64,000 bases of DNA from an uncultured Galactobacillus sp. (GTDB lineage Bacteria; Bacillota_I; Bacilli_A; Erysipelotrichales; Erysipelotrichaceae). This document shows positions 51,028 to 60,321 of this stretch, piece by piece. The stretch's first letter is position 1. Each line of letters opens with the position of its first letter. The stretch lies in contig CAYLQV010000006.1 of assembly GCA_964385925.1 (NCBI GenBank), forward strand, positions 25,919-89,918. The letters are read 5' to 3'. Under the pieces are notes generated by a model. The model was not told where the DNA came from, did not search any database, and saw only the letters and a program-made list of their open reading frames with translations. The position numbers and the translations under genes were made by a program.

Positions 51028-52655
51028 AGTTCGTTTATTTCTGGATCAATATAGATTGTCTTATATGCACCTAACTGGACCATGCCTGGCTTTGCGCCAG
51101 GTATTTTTTTTAAATGACTGACGGGGCACCAGTTGACTGGCACGGAGGAGGAATTTCTGCCTTTGGAATAATAGGCGGCAATCATTGCGGCTAAGCGCAG
51201 AGTCTCTTCACTCGGCGAATCCGCATGTACGACAACATGCGCACCATGATAGTCTTTGGCATGGAGCCAGATCTCTGACTTCTTGGCGAGATGCCATGTC
51301 AGTGCTTCATTCTGCAGATTGTTCCTGCCGAATGATATCTTTGTGCCGTCCGTGCTGATCACTTCTGAAATGTGCGGCTGTTCCTCTTTCTTTTTCCTCC
51401 GGGAACGATTCTTTTGATTTTTCTGGTCTTTCAGATATCCTTGGTGGATCAGTTCCTGACGAATCTCAGAAGCAGTATTGAAATCAGCTTGATCGAGCTG
51501 TTCCAAAAGTCCTTCAAAATAGGATATCTCATTTTTTGTAATGGCAATCTGCTCCTGCAGATATGTCTGTCCTTTTTTCAGCTTGTTGTATTTGTTGTAG
51601 CAGCGCTTGGCATTCCCACGTCCGTCGAGTTTTGGATCCAACGGGATTTTAACTGGCGATTCATCTTCCAGAGAATTCAGAATGATCTGATTAGTTCCCT
51701 TGGTATCAGTAATCTGATAGGTATACAGCAGGTCCCCATAGATGCGCCATTGATCACAATCCGTGGCATCATCATATTCTTTCAGCAGACGAGGAAGCTT
51801 CTGCTGCTGATGCTTGAGTGATCTTGTACAGAAGTGATAGATGTCACCGCTGATCTGCTTGATGCGGTCCTTTTCTTCACGGTGGTAGTAAAGGATATCA
51901 AAGCCTTCAAATAAAGGATATTCACGACATGGACCTACGGATTGAAGTTCAATGCAGTGAAAGACAGGTTCATTGTTCTCATTGGCGATGAACAGTGAGT
52001 GTGATGCTTCAATCTCCTGCATGATGGAGGAGAATGTCTGTCCATGCGCCATCCGGTATTCGACTTCTTTGGAGAGGAAGGGTGAGAAGCCACCGAACTG
52101 CTTCGTTAAAGGAACTTCAGGGTCAACTGCCGCGGTATGAAAAGGATCTTTCTTATCCTGCGAAGGTGTTGGTTCAAAAACTGCGCCTGTCTGAACAATG
52201 CGCCGGCTGTTCTCAAACGGCGGAATCCGCTTCAATGCATCAATGATCTTTCCTTCAGGTGAGACAAGAATGACATTGGCATATTTGCCCATCAGTTCGA
52301 TGTATAATGACAACGTCTCGAGGTCCCCTAAGTTGTTGTGGTGACGCATTGTCATGACGCACCAGCGGTCCAGTTCTGCCTGTTCAATTGATTCAATCGA
52401 GGCACCTTCCAGATACTTCCGCAGGACCATGACAAAGTTGCCCGGCTCGCTAGGTGTCGGATAGCTGCGCTTGGTCAAAAGAAGGCGGTTGTATACACTG
52501 TGACAGGAGATCAGGAGCTGCTGCTTGCCTGCATCGCCATGGGTCTGAAAAAGAATTTCTGTATTTGATATCTCCCAGATTTTCTGAATCCGCATCGGCA
52601 GAGCGCTCTGAATTTCCGGGATGATCTTATGAAGTAAAATGCCGTCTAATGCCAT
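51000..52655 (-). CDS. rqcH: NFACT/FbpA family ribosome quality control protein RqcH
   Basis: MALDG start, ELMGKYANVILV, GRNNLQNE, WLHAKDYHGAHV, AAYYSK. Confidence 0.9.
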   Translation of the reverse strand: MALDGILLHKIIPEIQSALPMRIQKIWEISNTEILFQTHGDAGKQQLLISCHSVYNRLLLTKRSYPTPSEPGNFVMVLRKYLEGASIESIEQAELDRWCVMTMRHHNNLGDLETLSLYIELMGKYANVILVSPEGKIIDALKRIPPFENSRRIVQTGAVFEPTPSQDKKDPFHTAAVDPEVPLTKQFGGFSPFLSKEVEYRMAHGQTFSSIMQEIEASHSLFIANENNEPVFHCIELQSVGPCREYPLFEGFDILYYHREEKDRIKQISGDIYHFCTRSLKHQQQKLPRLLKEYDDATDCDQWRIYGDLLYTYQITDTKGTNQIILNSLEDESPVKIPLDPKLDGRGNAKRCYNKYNKLKKGQTYLQEQIAITKNEISYFEGLLEQLDQADFNTASEIRQELIHQGYLKDQKNQKNRSRRKKKEEQPHISEVISTDGTKISFGRNNLQNEALTWHLAKKSEIWLHAKDYHGAHVVVHADSPSEETLRLAAMIAAYYSKGRNSSSVPVNWCPVSHLKKIPGAKPGMVQLGAYKTIYIDPEINELQRFGIDVG

Positions 52656-52690
52656 TGAACAATCCTCGCTTTGCATGCATTATAACATGA

Positions 52691-52719
52691 TTGACGTAAG
52701 CTTTTTTCAAGTGTAACCT
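52691..52719 (+). promoter_or_regulatory. Sigma-A promoter of gmk
   Basis: TTGACG-N17-TAACCT. Confidence 0.65.
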
Positions 52720-52749
52720 TAAGGTAGCCTGATTGAGGAGGAGCAATGC

Positions 52750-53331
52750 ATGCCTAAAAAAGGATTATTGATTGTATTGAGTGGACCATCTGGTGTTGGT
52801 AAGGGGACAATTTTAAAAGAATTTGTTAATGATAAGGATCTGAAGCTGGCATATTCAGTATCCATGACCACAAGAAAACAGCGTCCTGGAGAAGTGGACG
52901 GGGTCAATTATCACTTCGTCACAAGAGAAGAATTTGAAAAAGCCAGAGATAATGGAGAGCTTCTGGAATCGGCAGAATTTGTCGGCAACTACTACGGCAC
53001 ACCGGTCAAGGAAGTGGAACGTCTTCGCAATGAAGGCATGAATGTCTTATTGGAAATTGAAGTGCAGGGATGCAGACAGGTACGTGCTAAAGTTCCGGAT
53101 GCATTGACAATCTTCATCGTACCGCCAAGCATGGAAGAACTTGAAAAGCGGATCCGCGGCAGAAATACAGAACCGGAAGAGATTGTTCAGGAAAGACTGG
53201 CAAAAGCTTCTAAGGAAATGGAAATGGTCGGTCAGTACAAGTATGTTGTATGCAATGATGATCCAAAGCTGGCAGCCAATATCATCCGTGTCATTATCAA
53301 GAGATTCATGTCATTGAATGAAGATGCATGA
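52750..53331 (+). CDS. gmk: Guanylate kinase
   Basis: SGPSGVGKGT, SVSMTTR..RPGEVDGVNYHF, YYGT, LEIEVQG. Confidence 0.97.
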   Translation: MPKKGLLIVLSGPSGVGKGTILKEFVNDKDLKLAYSVSMTTRKQRPGEVDGVNYHFVTREEFEKARDNGELLESAEFVGNYYGTPVKEVERLRNEGMNVLLEIEVQGCRQVRAKVPDALTIFIVPPSMEELEKRIRGRNTEPEEIVQERLAKASKEMEMVGQYKYVVCNDDPKLAANIIRVIIKRFMSLNEDA

Positions 53332-53337
53332 TCAGTG

Positions 53338-53368
53338 AAGGGAAACTGGAAACAGCTTCCTTTTTTTT
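53338..53368 (+). terminator. Terminator after gmk
   Basis: AAGGGAAACTG-gaaa-CAGCTTCCTT + T8. Confidence 0.75.
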
Positions 53369-53409
53369 GACATTTGATCAATTTGTATAAATTAATTTTT
53401 CGTAATCTA

Positions 53410-53438
53410 TTGCGAAAGCGTTTACATTGTTCTACCAT
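53410..53438 (+). promoter_or_regulatory. Sigma-A promoter with overlapping cre site (53413-53426)
   Basis: TTGCGA-N17-TACCAT; CGAAAGCGTTTACA differs from cre consensus TGWAARCGYTWNCA at one position. Confidence 0.65.
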
Positions 53439-53468
53439 GGAAACTAGAAAAGGAAAACGGGTTTCCAT
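53437..53468. promoter_or_regulatory. Candidate TetR operator (inverted repeat)
   Basis: ATGGAAAC-N16-GTTTCCAT spanning the predicted +1 and ending at the start codon. Confidence 0.5.
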
Positions 53469-54023
53469 ATGACAAATGAAGAAATCATAGTTTCAGCGAC
53501 CAGGCAGTTTGAAAAGCAGGGTTTGAAGTTCACGATGCTTGATGTTGCCAAAGATCTGCATATCGCAAAGAAAACAATCTATCAGTTTTATCCTTCAAAG
53601 GAAGAACTGCTGATTGCCATGCTTGACCATGGATTTGGCAAGATCCAGGAAGCGAAGCAGAAGATCCTGGGAGAAGATATTCCGTTCAAGGAAAAAGTCA
53701 GAAAAGTCATGATTGCCATGCCTGATCAATATGCCATCCTGGACTTCCGCAAGCTGACAGATCTCAAGGAAAAATATCCGAAGGCATATCGTAACATGCG
53801 CAGACATCTTGAAAATAACTGGGAGCCTATCATCCGTCTGCTTGAACAGGGAATGCAGGAAGGAAAGATCCGGAAGATCTCTGTTCCCATTCTGAAGACG
53901 ATGATGACTGCAAGTTTTGATGCTTTTCTTTCTACAGATGCCTTGAAGGCATCCAAACTTGCATACAGTGATGCACTGAATGACATGATGGATATCATCA
54001 TGGACGGAATATCGGAGGAATGA
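53469..54023 (+). CDS. TetR/AcrR family regulator
   Basis: N-terminal HTH GLKFTMLDVAKDLHIAKKTIYQFYPSKEEL. Confidence 0.93.
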   Translation: MTNEEIIVSATRQFEKQGLKFTMLDVAKDLHIAKKTIYQFYPSKEELLIAMLDHGFGKIQEAKQKILGEDIPFKEKVRKVMIAMPDQYAILDFRKLTDLKEKYPKAYRNMRRHLENNWEPIIRLLEQGMQEGKIRKISVPILKTMMTASFDAFLSTDALKASKLAYSDALNDMMDIIMDGISEE

Positions 54024-54024
54024 A

Positions 54025-56367
54025 ATGAAAATCATCAACAACAACTGGGAATTTACAAGCCGCTGGTCAGAAGATTTCCTGCAGGGGGGAGAAGCAGAAG
54101 AGACCGTAAGGATCCCGCATACCGTGAAGATGCTGCCGCTGCATGAGATTGACTCGCAATCGTATCAGATGACAGCCGGCTACCGCAGACACCTTTCCTT
54201 TAATGAAAGTCAAAGAGGGAACAGATATTTTCTGCAGTTCGATGCGGCCGCACATATTGCGACACTCTACTTCAACGGCAGAGAATGTCTGACACACCGC
54301 AGCGGATATACTGCTTTCCGTTACGAGATCACAGACCTGATTGCATTCGGCAGTGACAATGTCATCACAGTCAAGCTGGATACAACAGAAAATCCAAGTA
54401 TTCCTCCATTCGGCTTTGTCATTGACTATCTGACATACGGCGGTATCTACCGCAATGTCTATCTCGATGAAAGACCGCAGAACTATATCGAAGATGTCTT
54501 TATTACAACGCCTGATCTGCATACAGCGGATATTGCCTTGACGCTCGACCATGAGAGTGATGAAAAGGTCACCGTTGAAATCTCCAAGAGCGGCATCGTC
54601 AAAGCTTTTGATACTGTCGAAGGAAAGAACGGGCACATTCAGCTGAAAGTAAAGGATGCTCAGCCATGGAGTCCTGATGATCCCCAGTTGTATAACTGCC
54701 GGGTGAAATATGGCGAGGATGAGCAGATCTATCACTTCGGCTTCCGTACGATTGAAATCAATGAAAATGCAATCCTGCTCAATGACCGGGAATTTTTTGT
54801 CAGAGGCCTGAACAGACATCAGTACTTCCCATATATCGGCTATGCGGCTTCGGATTCTCTGCAGGTGGAGGATGCCCGTATCCTGAAGGAAGAACTGCAT
54901 GTTAATGCAGTTCGGACATCACATTACCCACAGTCTCATGCCTTCCTGGATGCCTGTGATCAGATGGGTCTTCTCGTATTTACGGAGATTCCTGGATGGC
55001 AGCATATTGGAAATGAAGCATGGAAGCAGCAGGCAGTTGAAAATACAAAGGAAATGGTCAGACAATACAGGAATCACGTATCCATCTTCCTCTGGGGCGT
55101 ACGCATCAATGAATCATTGGATGATGATGCAATGTATGAAAAGACAAATGCCGCTGCTCATGAACTTGATCCATCCAGACCTACAAGCGGTGTCCGCTAT
55201 TTGGAAAAGAGCTCTCTGCTCGAAGATGTCTATGCCTTTAATGATTTCTCGCATATGGGGAACAATCCTGGATGCAGACAGAAGAAAGATGTCATGAAGG
55301 ACACACACCATCCACTGCTGATTTCTGAAGCAAATGGCCATATGTTCCCGACCAAGCCTTGGGACAGATGGGAAAGACTGCAGGAGCATGCGCTGCGTCA
55401 CGCCAGAGTATTGAATGATGCCATGGCAGACCATGAACATGCGGGTGTCTTCCAATGGTGCATGTTCGATTATCCAACCCACCGTCAGTTTGGCAGCGGC
55501 GACAGGATCTGCTACCACGGCGTAATGGATTCTTTCCGGAATCCGAAGCCGGCAGCCTTCATCTACGCTTCACAGGGTGAGGAAGAACCAGTCCTTGAAA
55601 TCAGCAGCCCGATGGATATCGGCGACTATAATGCGACAAACCTTGCTGAGTTCTATGCCTTTACAAATGCAGATGAAGTCAGACTGTATAAGAACAATGA
55701 ATTTGTGAAATCATTCAAGGTCGATGAACGCTTCCATGCGATGCGCCATGGGCCGGTCAAGATTGATGATACAATCGGTGACCTTCTGAAAATCAAAGAA
55801 GGATTCACCGGCAGGAAAGAAGAATATATTCACGATGCACTCTGTTCAGCCCAGAAGTATGGACTGGCTGGACTGCCGCTCAAGGCAAAACTGGAACTTG
55901 GCTGGGTCATGATGCATTATCACCTTAAATATGAAGAGGGTGTTGAACTATATGGCAAGTACGTCGGCTCCTGGGGCGGTGATTCGACAACCTGGAGATT
56001 TGAAGCAGTTGATCACGGAAAGGTTGTAAAGACTGTCATCAAGACACCGAATACGGATCTGCATCTGGAGGTCAAGACATCCAATACAGAGCTGAAGGAA
56101 GGGGATGCATATGATATGTCTTCCTTCCGTCTGTGTCTCAAGGATGCCAATGACAACCGGGCTGTCTATGCACAGCTGCCAGTCAAGATCAGTGTTGAAG
56201 GGCCGATTGAAATTGTTGGACCGGATGCAGTTGCCCTGGAAGGCGGCATGAGCGGCACCTACATCAGAACGACAGGAAGTGCAGGCGAAGCATCAATCAC
56301 CTTTACAACTGCGCAGACGCAGCCAGTGACTGTAAAGCTGCATGTAACTATGAGAGACGCGTCATGA
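54025..56367 (+). CDS. Glycoside hydrolase family 2 (beta-galactosidase-like)
   Basis: YGGIYRNV, GLNRHQ, NAVRTSHYP, acid/base WGVRINES, nucleophile LISEANGH. Confidence 0.92.
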   Translation: MKIINNNWEFTSRWSEDFLQGGEAEETVRIPHTVKMLPLHEIDSQSYQMTAGYRRHLSFNESQRGNRYFLQFDAAAHIATLYFNGRECLTHRSGYTAFRYEITDLIAFGSDNVITVKLDTTENPSIPPFGFVIDYLTYGGIYRNVYLDERPQNYIEDVFITTPDLHTADIALTLDHESDEKVTVEISKSGIVKAFDTVEGKNGHIQLKVKDAQPWSPDDPQLYNCRVKYGEDEQIYHFGFRTIEINENAILLNDREFFVRGLNRHQYFPYIGYAASDSLQVEDARILKEELHVNAVRTSHYPQSHAFLDACDQMGLLVFTEIPGWQHIGNEAWKQQAVENTKEMVRQYRNHVSIFLWGVRINESLDDDAMYEKTNAAAHELDPSRPTSGVRYLEKSSLLEDVYAFNDFSHMGNNPGCRQKKDVMKDTHHPLLISEANGHMFPTKPWDRWERLQEHALRHARVLNDAMADHEHAGVFQWCMFDYPTHRQFGSGDRICYHGVMDSFRNPKPAAFIYASQGEEEPVLEISSPMDIGDYNATNLAEFYAFTNADEVRLYKNNEFVKSFKVDERFHAMRHGPVKIDDTIGDLLKIKEGFTGRKEEYIHDALCSAQKYGLAGLPLKAKLELGWVMMHYHLKYEEGVELYGKYVGSWGGDSTTWRFEAVDHGKVVKTVIKTPNTDLHLEVKTSNTELKEGDAYDMSSFRLCLKDANDNRAVYAQLPVKISVEGPIEIVGPDAVALEGGMSGTYIRTTGSAGEASITFTTAQTQPVTVKLHVTMRDAS

Positions 56368-57961
56368 AATTCAAATGGAAAGTGATCGTTAAAGATGTAT
56401 CTCCGCTGCATGGAGAACAGGAATGGAATTCAGGTCCTCTGCATATTGCAGCTGACCTGCCGGCCGGCATCATTCAGGAAGTACAGGCTGAGATCTATCA
56501 CAAGAGCAGTGAAGATGAAAAAATCTTCATGAACGGCTATCAGACCTGGACAGTAACACCTGAGTATGACAGGCACAGCAGGATCCGCGGTATGCACCGT
56601 ATCCCAAAGAATCTCATAGACAAGTATGCTTTTGACAGATATGCAGATTATCACTTTGTCAATTATCCATATCAAAAGGGAATCACCCATGGATTCAGCT
56701 GGTGCTGGTTCCGGCAGGGAGACAGATATCAGCTGTTTGCTTCATTGAATGAAGAAACTGGATATACAATGTTCCGATATGATGCCAATCAGTCTATCCT
56801 GACAATCAGGAAAGACTGCAGCGGCCAAAGATGCGGTGGGATATATCAGCTATTTGACCTGTTTTACAGTGAGGGCAGTCAGCAGGAAGTATTTGATGCA
56901 TGGTTTGCCCAGCTGAACATCAGACCGCGGACAACTGAGAAGCTCTTTGGCTATTCCTCGTGGTATAACCGCTATCAGAACATTGATGAACCATCGATTG
57001 TCCAGGATCTCAAAGGATGCCAGAACATCTTTGCAAAGAATGACCTGTTCCAGATCGATGACGGCTGGGAACCATATGTCGGGGACTGGCTTGTGCCGGA
57101 TGAAAAAAATTTCCAAACGGCATGAAGGAGATGGCAGATCAGATCCATGCGGCAGGATACCGTGCAGGCATCTGGCTGGCACCATTTGCGGCAGAGGAAA
57201 AATCAAAACTGTATCAGGAGCATCCTGACTGGTTCATTAAAAAGGATGGGGAAAACTGGAAGTGCGGCGGCAACTGGAGCGGTTTCTATTCATTGGATAT
57301 CGATGTTCCGGAAGCGGAAGCATACATTAGGAAAGTCTTTGACCAGGTCATCAATGAATGGGGATATGACCTCGTTAAACTTGATTTTCTGTATGGTGCG
57401 GCGCCGTTTGGCAGTGAAACAGAAACAAGATCGGCAAGAATGTATCGGGCAGTGCGGCTGCTTCGTGAAGTCTGCGGAGATAAGCTGATTCTGGGATGCG
57501 GGGTCCCAGTCATGCCAGCCTTCGGTATTGTTGATTACTGCCGCATCAGCTGCGATGTCTCATTAGATGAAGATGATCAATGGTTCATGCGCTTCTTCCA
57601 TCGCGAAAGAGTATCGACAATGAATGCTATCACCAATATCTATACAAGAAATCAATTGAATAGACATGCATACATGAGTGATCCAGACGTGTTCTTCCTG
57701 CGGAGTGATAATATCAAGCTGAGTGAAGAACAGAAATCACAGCTGGCACAATTGGATGCACTGCTAGGGGGTGCCTTCCTAACTTCAGATGATCCAAACA
57801 CGTATTCAGAAAAGATGAAGCAGGACTATCAGCTTTATCGTCATATTGCAGAGCAGGGGAAAGTTATTTCCATGCATGCGGAAAATCACTGTATCGAAGT
57901 TGAATATCTGCTTGACGGCCGGCAGCAGACGCTGAAGGTCAGCAGTTATCTAAAACTATAA
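56364..57961 (+). pseudogene. GH36 alpha-galactosidase-like gene split by a -1 frameshift (ORFs 56364-57125 and 57122-57961)
   Basis: ORF1 ends GYSSWY...QIDDGWE...DEK; the -1 frame continues KFPNGMK...GIWLAPF...VKLDFLY...CRISCDV; break at A7 run 57103-57109. Confidence 0.85.
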
Positions 57962-57981
57962 TGGAACTTTCAGGAGAAACT

Positions 57982-59340
57982 ATGGAAAAGAAAGAATTGA
58001 AACAAGCTTCAAAGAAGATCATGTGGATCTTCGCAATTGGACAGCTCGGATGGTCTATGCTTTCTGGTGTCGTCACCAGCTGGATGGTCTATTTCTTCCA
58101 GCCTTCACAGGATGTCATTGCCAAGGGACAGCCGCTGTTTTTGACCCAGGGATCAGTTTTCTTAGGTTTGACTGTCATTGGAGTGATTGCTGCTATCGGC
58201 AGAATCTTCGATGCAGTGACTGACCCATGGATTGCCGGCAAATCCGACAGATGCCGCAATAAGCTGGGCAGACGTATCCCATTTATGAGAGCCGCTGCCA
58301 TACCGTTAGGCATCGTAACAATTCTGCTGTTCTTCTCACCAGTCAATGGAACAAGTACAGCAAACGGCATCTTCCTGCTCGTCATGGATCTGCTGTTCTA
58401 TCTGTTCATGACCATTTACTGCACACCGTTCAACGCTTTGATCCCAGAGCTCGGCCGTACCCAGGAAGCCCGCATTAATGTATCAACTTACATTTCCTTC
58501 ACATTCATTATTGGTACTGCAATTGCTTATCTGCTTCCTAATATTGCCGGTGCACTGGAAGGCTCACTTGGATATACCAACAGCATCCGTGCAGCCGTCG
58601 GCATCTTAGCTGCCATTGGTGTTATCTGCATGCTGATCCCTGCTTTCTGCATCAAGGAAGCGGATTATGCAGACGTCACGCCGAGTGAAACGACTGCTTT
58701 CAAGTCTTTAGCCAAGACTTTTGAGAACAAGGAATTTCAAAAGTTCGTTGCGTCTGATGTTCTTTACTTTATTGCTCTGACACTGTTTCAGACAGGCCTG
58801 CCATTCTATATCACAGTCCTGATGAAGCTGCCTGACAGCATGTCCTTCCTTCTGTTTGCCCTCATGACAGGTGTTTCTGTTCTATGCTATGCACCAGTCA
58901 ACATCCTGGCAAGAAAGTATGGCAAGAAGCGTCTTGTTACAACCGCATTCATTCTCTTTGCCTGTGTGTTCCTTCTGACATCACTCTGCGGACTGTTCGG
59001 CATCTCCGGCATGGTCTGGGGCTTATTAGTTGCCATTCTTGGAGCAATCCCAATGGCAGTTCTTGGCATTCTTCCGCAGGCAATTGTTGCGGATATTGCT
59101 GAAGCAGATGCAGACCAGACAGGTGAGAACAGACAGGGCATGTTCTATGCTGCTCGCACCTTTGCCTTCAAGATGGGACAGTCTGTAGCCATGCTGCTGT
59201 TCACAAGCTTAGCATTGATTGGAACAGACGGCTTAGGCTACCGTATTACAGCGGTTGTCGCTGCTGTATTGTGCATGCTCGGCGGTGTTGTACTGTTTGC
59301 TTATGATGAAAAGAAGATTCTTTCCGTCATCGAAAAGTAA
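57982..59340 (+). CDS. MFS/GPH (glycoside-pentoside-hexuronide) sugar transporter
   Basis: RIFDAVTDPWIAGKSD, GRRIPF, PFNALIPEL, ADIAEAD...G.NRQGMFY; RBS AGGAG before ATG 57982. Confidence 0.9.
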   Translation: MEKKELKQASKKIMWIFAIGQLGWSMLSGVVTSWMVYFFQPSQDVIAKGQPLFLTQGSVFLGLTVIGVIAAIGRIFDAVTDPWIAGKSDRCRNKLGRRIPFMRAAAIPLGIVTILLFFSPVNGTSTANGIFLLVMDLLFYLFMTIYCTPFNALIPELGRTQEARINVSTYISFTFIIGTAIAYLLPNIAGALEGSLGYTNSIRAAVGILAAIGVICMLIPAFCIKEADYADVTPSETTAFKSLAKTFENKEFQKFVASDVLYFIALTLFQTGLPFYITVLMKLPDSMSFLLFALMTGVSVLCYAPVNILARKYGKKRLVTTAFILFACVFLLTSLCGLFGISGMVWGLLVAILGAIPMAVLGILPQAIVADIAEADADQTGENRQGMFYAARTFAFKMGQSVAMLLFTSLALIGTDGLGYRITAVVAAVLCMLGGVVLFAYDEKKILSVIEK

Positions 59341-59348
59341 TTAAAAAG

Positions 59349-59390
59349 AAAGACCATTACTGCTGCAAAGTACAGTGGGATGGTCTTTTT
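59349..59390 (+). terminator. Terminator after GPH transporter
   Basis: AAAGACCATTACTG...CAGTGGGATGGTCTTT + T run. Confidence 0.7.
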
Positions 59391-59404
59391 CTATCTTTAT
59401 ATAA

Positions 59405-59434
59405 GAAAAAAGACATTCCGAAGAATGTCTTTCT
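59405..59434 (-). terminator. rpsD terminator
   Basis: Minus strand AAAGACATT-C-UUCG-G-AATGTCTTT + T run (UUCG tetraloop). Confidence 0.85.
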
Positions 59435-59440
59435 AGTTGA

Positions 59441-60043
59441 CTACCTGTTGTAGTATTCAACGATAAGAGCTTCGTTGACTTCCTGATTGAGTTCAGATCT
59501 CTCAGGGATTCTGACGTAAGTTCCTTTTTTGTTTTCCTTGTCAACTGTTACGAATGCTGGAGCAGCAATGTTGCTTTCCAGTGCTTCGGCAACAACTGCC
59601 ATGTTGCGTGAACCTTCACGCAGAGCAATGACATCACCTGGCTTGACTAAAGCAGACGGGATGTCGATCTTCTTACCGTTGACTTCAATGTGTCCGTGGT
59701 TGACTAACTGTCTAGCAGCCTTACGAGTTCTTGCGAAACCCATTCTGTAGACCATGTTGTCCAGTCTGCTCTCGAGCAGAACTAAGAAGTTTACACCTGA
59801 CATGCCTTCCATCTTGGAAGCCTTTTCGAACAGGTTTGCGAACTGTCTTTCATTCAGTCCGTACATGTTGCGGACTCTCTGCTTCTCACGAAGCTGTAAT
59901 CCGTAACCGGATAACTTGATGCGCTTGGTTGGGCCGTGCTGGCCTGGAGCATAAGTTCTTTTCTTAAGCTCTTCGCCGGTTTCTAAGATGGAGAAGCTCA
60001 AGCGTCTAGACTTCTTCCAAACCGGACCTGTGTAACGTGCCAT
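59441..60043 (-). CDS. rpsD: 30S ribosomal protein S4
   Basis: [40 protein letters not shown]. Confidence 0.99.
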   Translation of the reverse strand: MARYTGPVWKKSRRLSFSILETGEELKKRTYAPGQHGPTKRIKLSGYGLQLREKQRVRNMYGLNERQFANLFEKASKMEGMSGVNFLVLLESRLDNMVYRMGFARTRKAARQLVNHGHIEVNGKKIDIPSALVKPGDVIALREGSRNMAVVAEALESNIAAPAFVTVDKENKKGTYVRIPERSELNQEVNEALIVEYYNR

Positions 60044-60212
60044 GTTTTGTTTCCTCCTATTAAATGGCTGAGAAACAACAACAGGTGCAGATCATCAATG
60101 CGTGGTGTTGCTATGGAGATATTTCGCTGATTGCAGCTCAGTTACTTTATCTGCAGTATAACTGTTAACAACGCCTTAGTGCATGACTCTACATGCTGCT
60201 ATCATTTGACGC
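60044..60212 (-). ncRNA. rpsD 5' leader, S4-binding autoregulatory element (Bacillus-type)
   Basis: About 170-nt leader; core AGATA-aaGTAACtgaGCTGCaatcAGCGAaa-TATCT (60117-60152) resembles the B. subtilis rpsD leader as I recall it. Confidence 0.6.
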
Positions 60213-60219
60213 AAGGTAG

Positions 60220-60248
60220 ATAATAACAGAACCAAAAATGAATGTCAA
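60220..60248 (-). promoter_or_regulatory. Sigma-A promoter of rpsD
   Basis: Minus strand TTGACA-N17-TATTAT. Confidence 0.85.
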
Positions 60249-60321
60249 TTGATATAGATAAGCAGTTCAGAATTTTCACAATATGTGTTAATATAATGGA
60301 TGAAATGAAGGGAAGGTAAGT

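Noticed and set aside
54067-54900. 277-aa antisense ORF inside GH2
   Set aside because: Antisense shadow from codon bias; no domain signature
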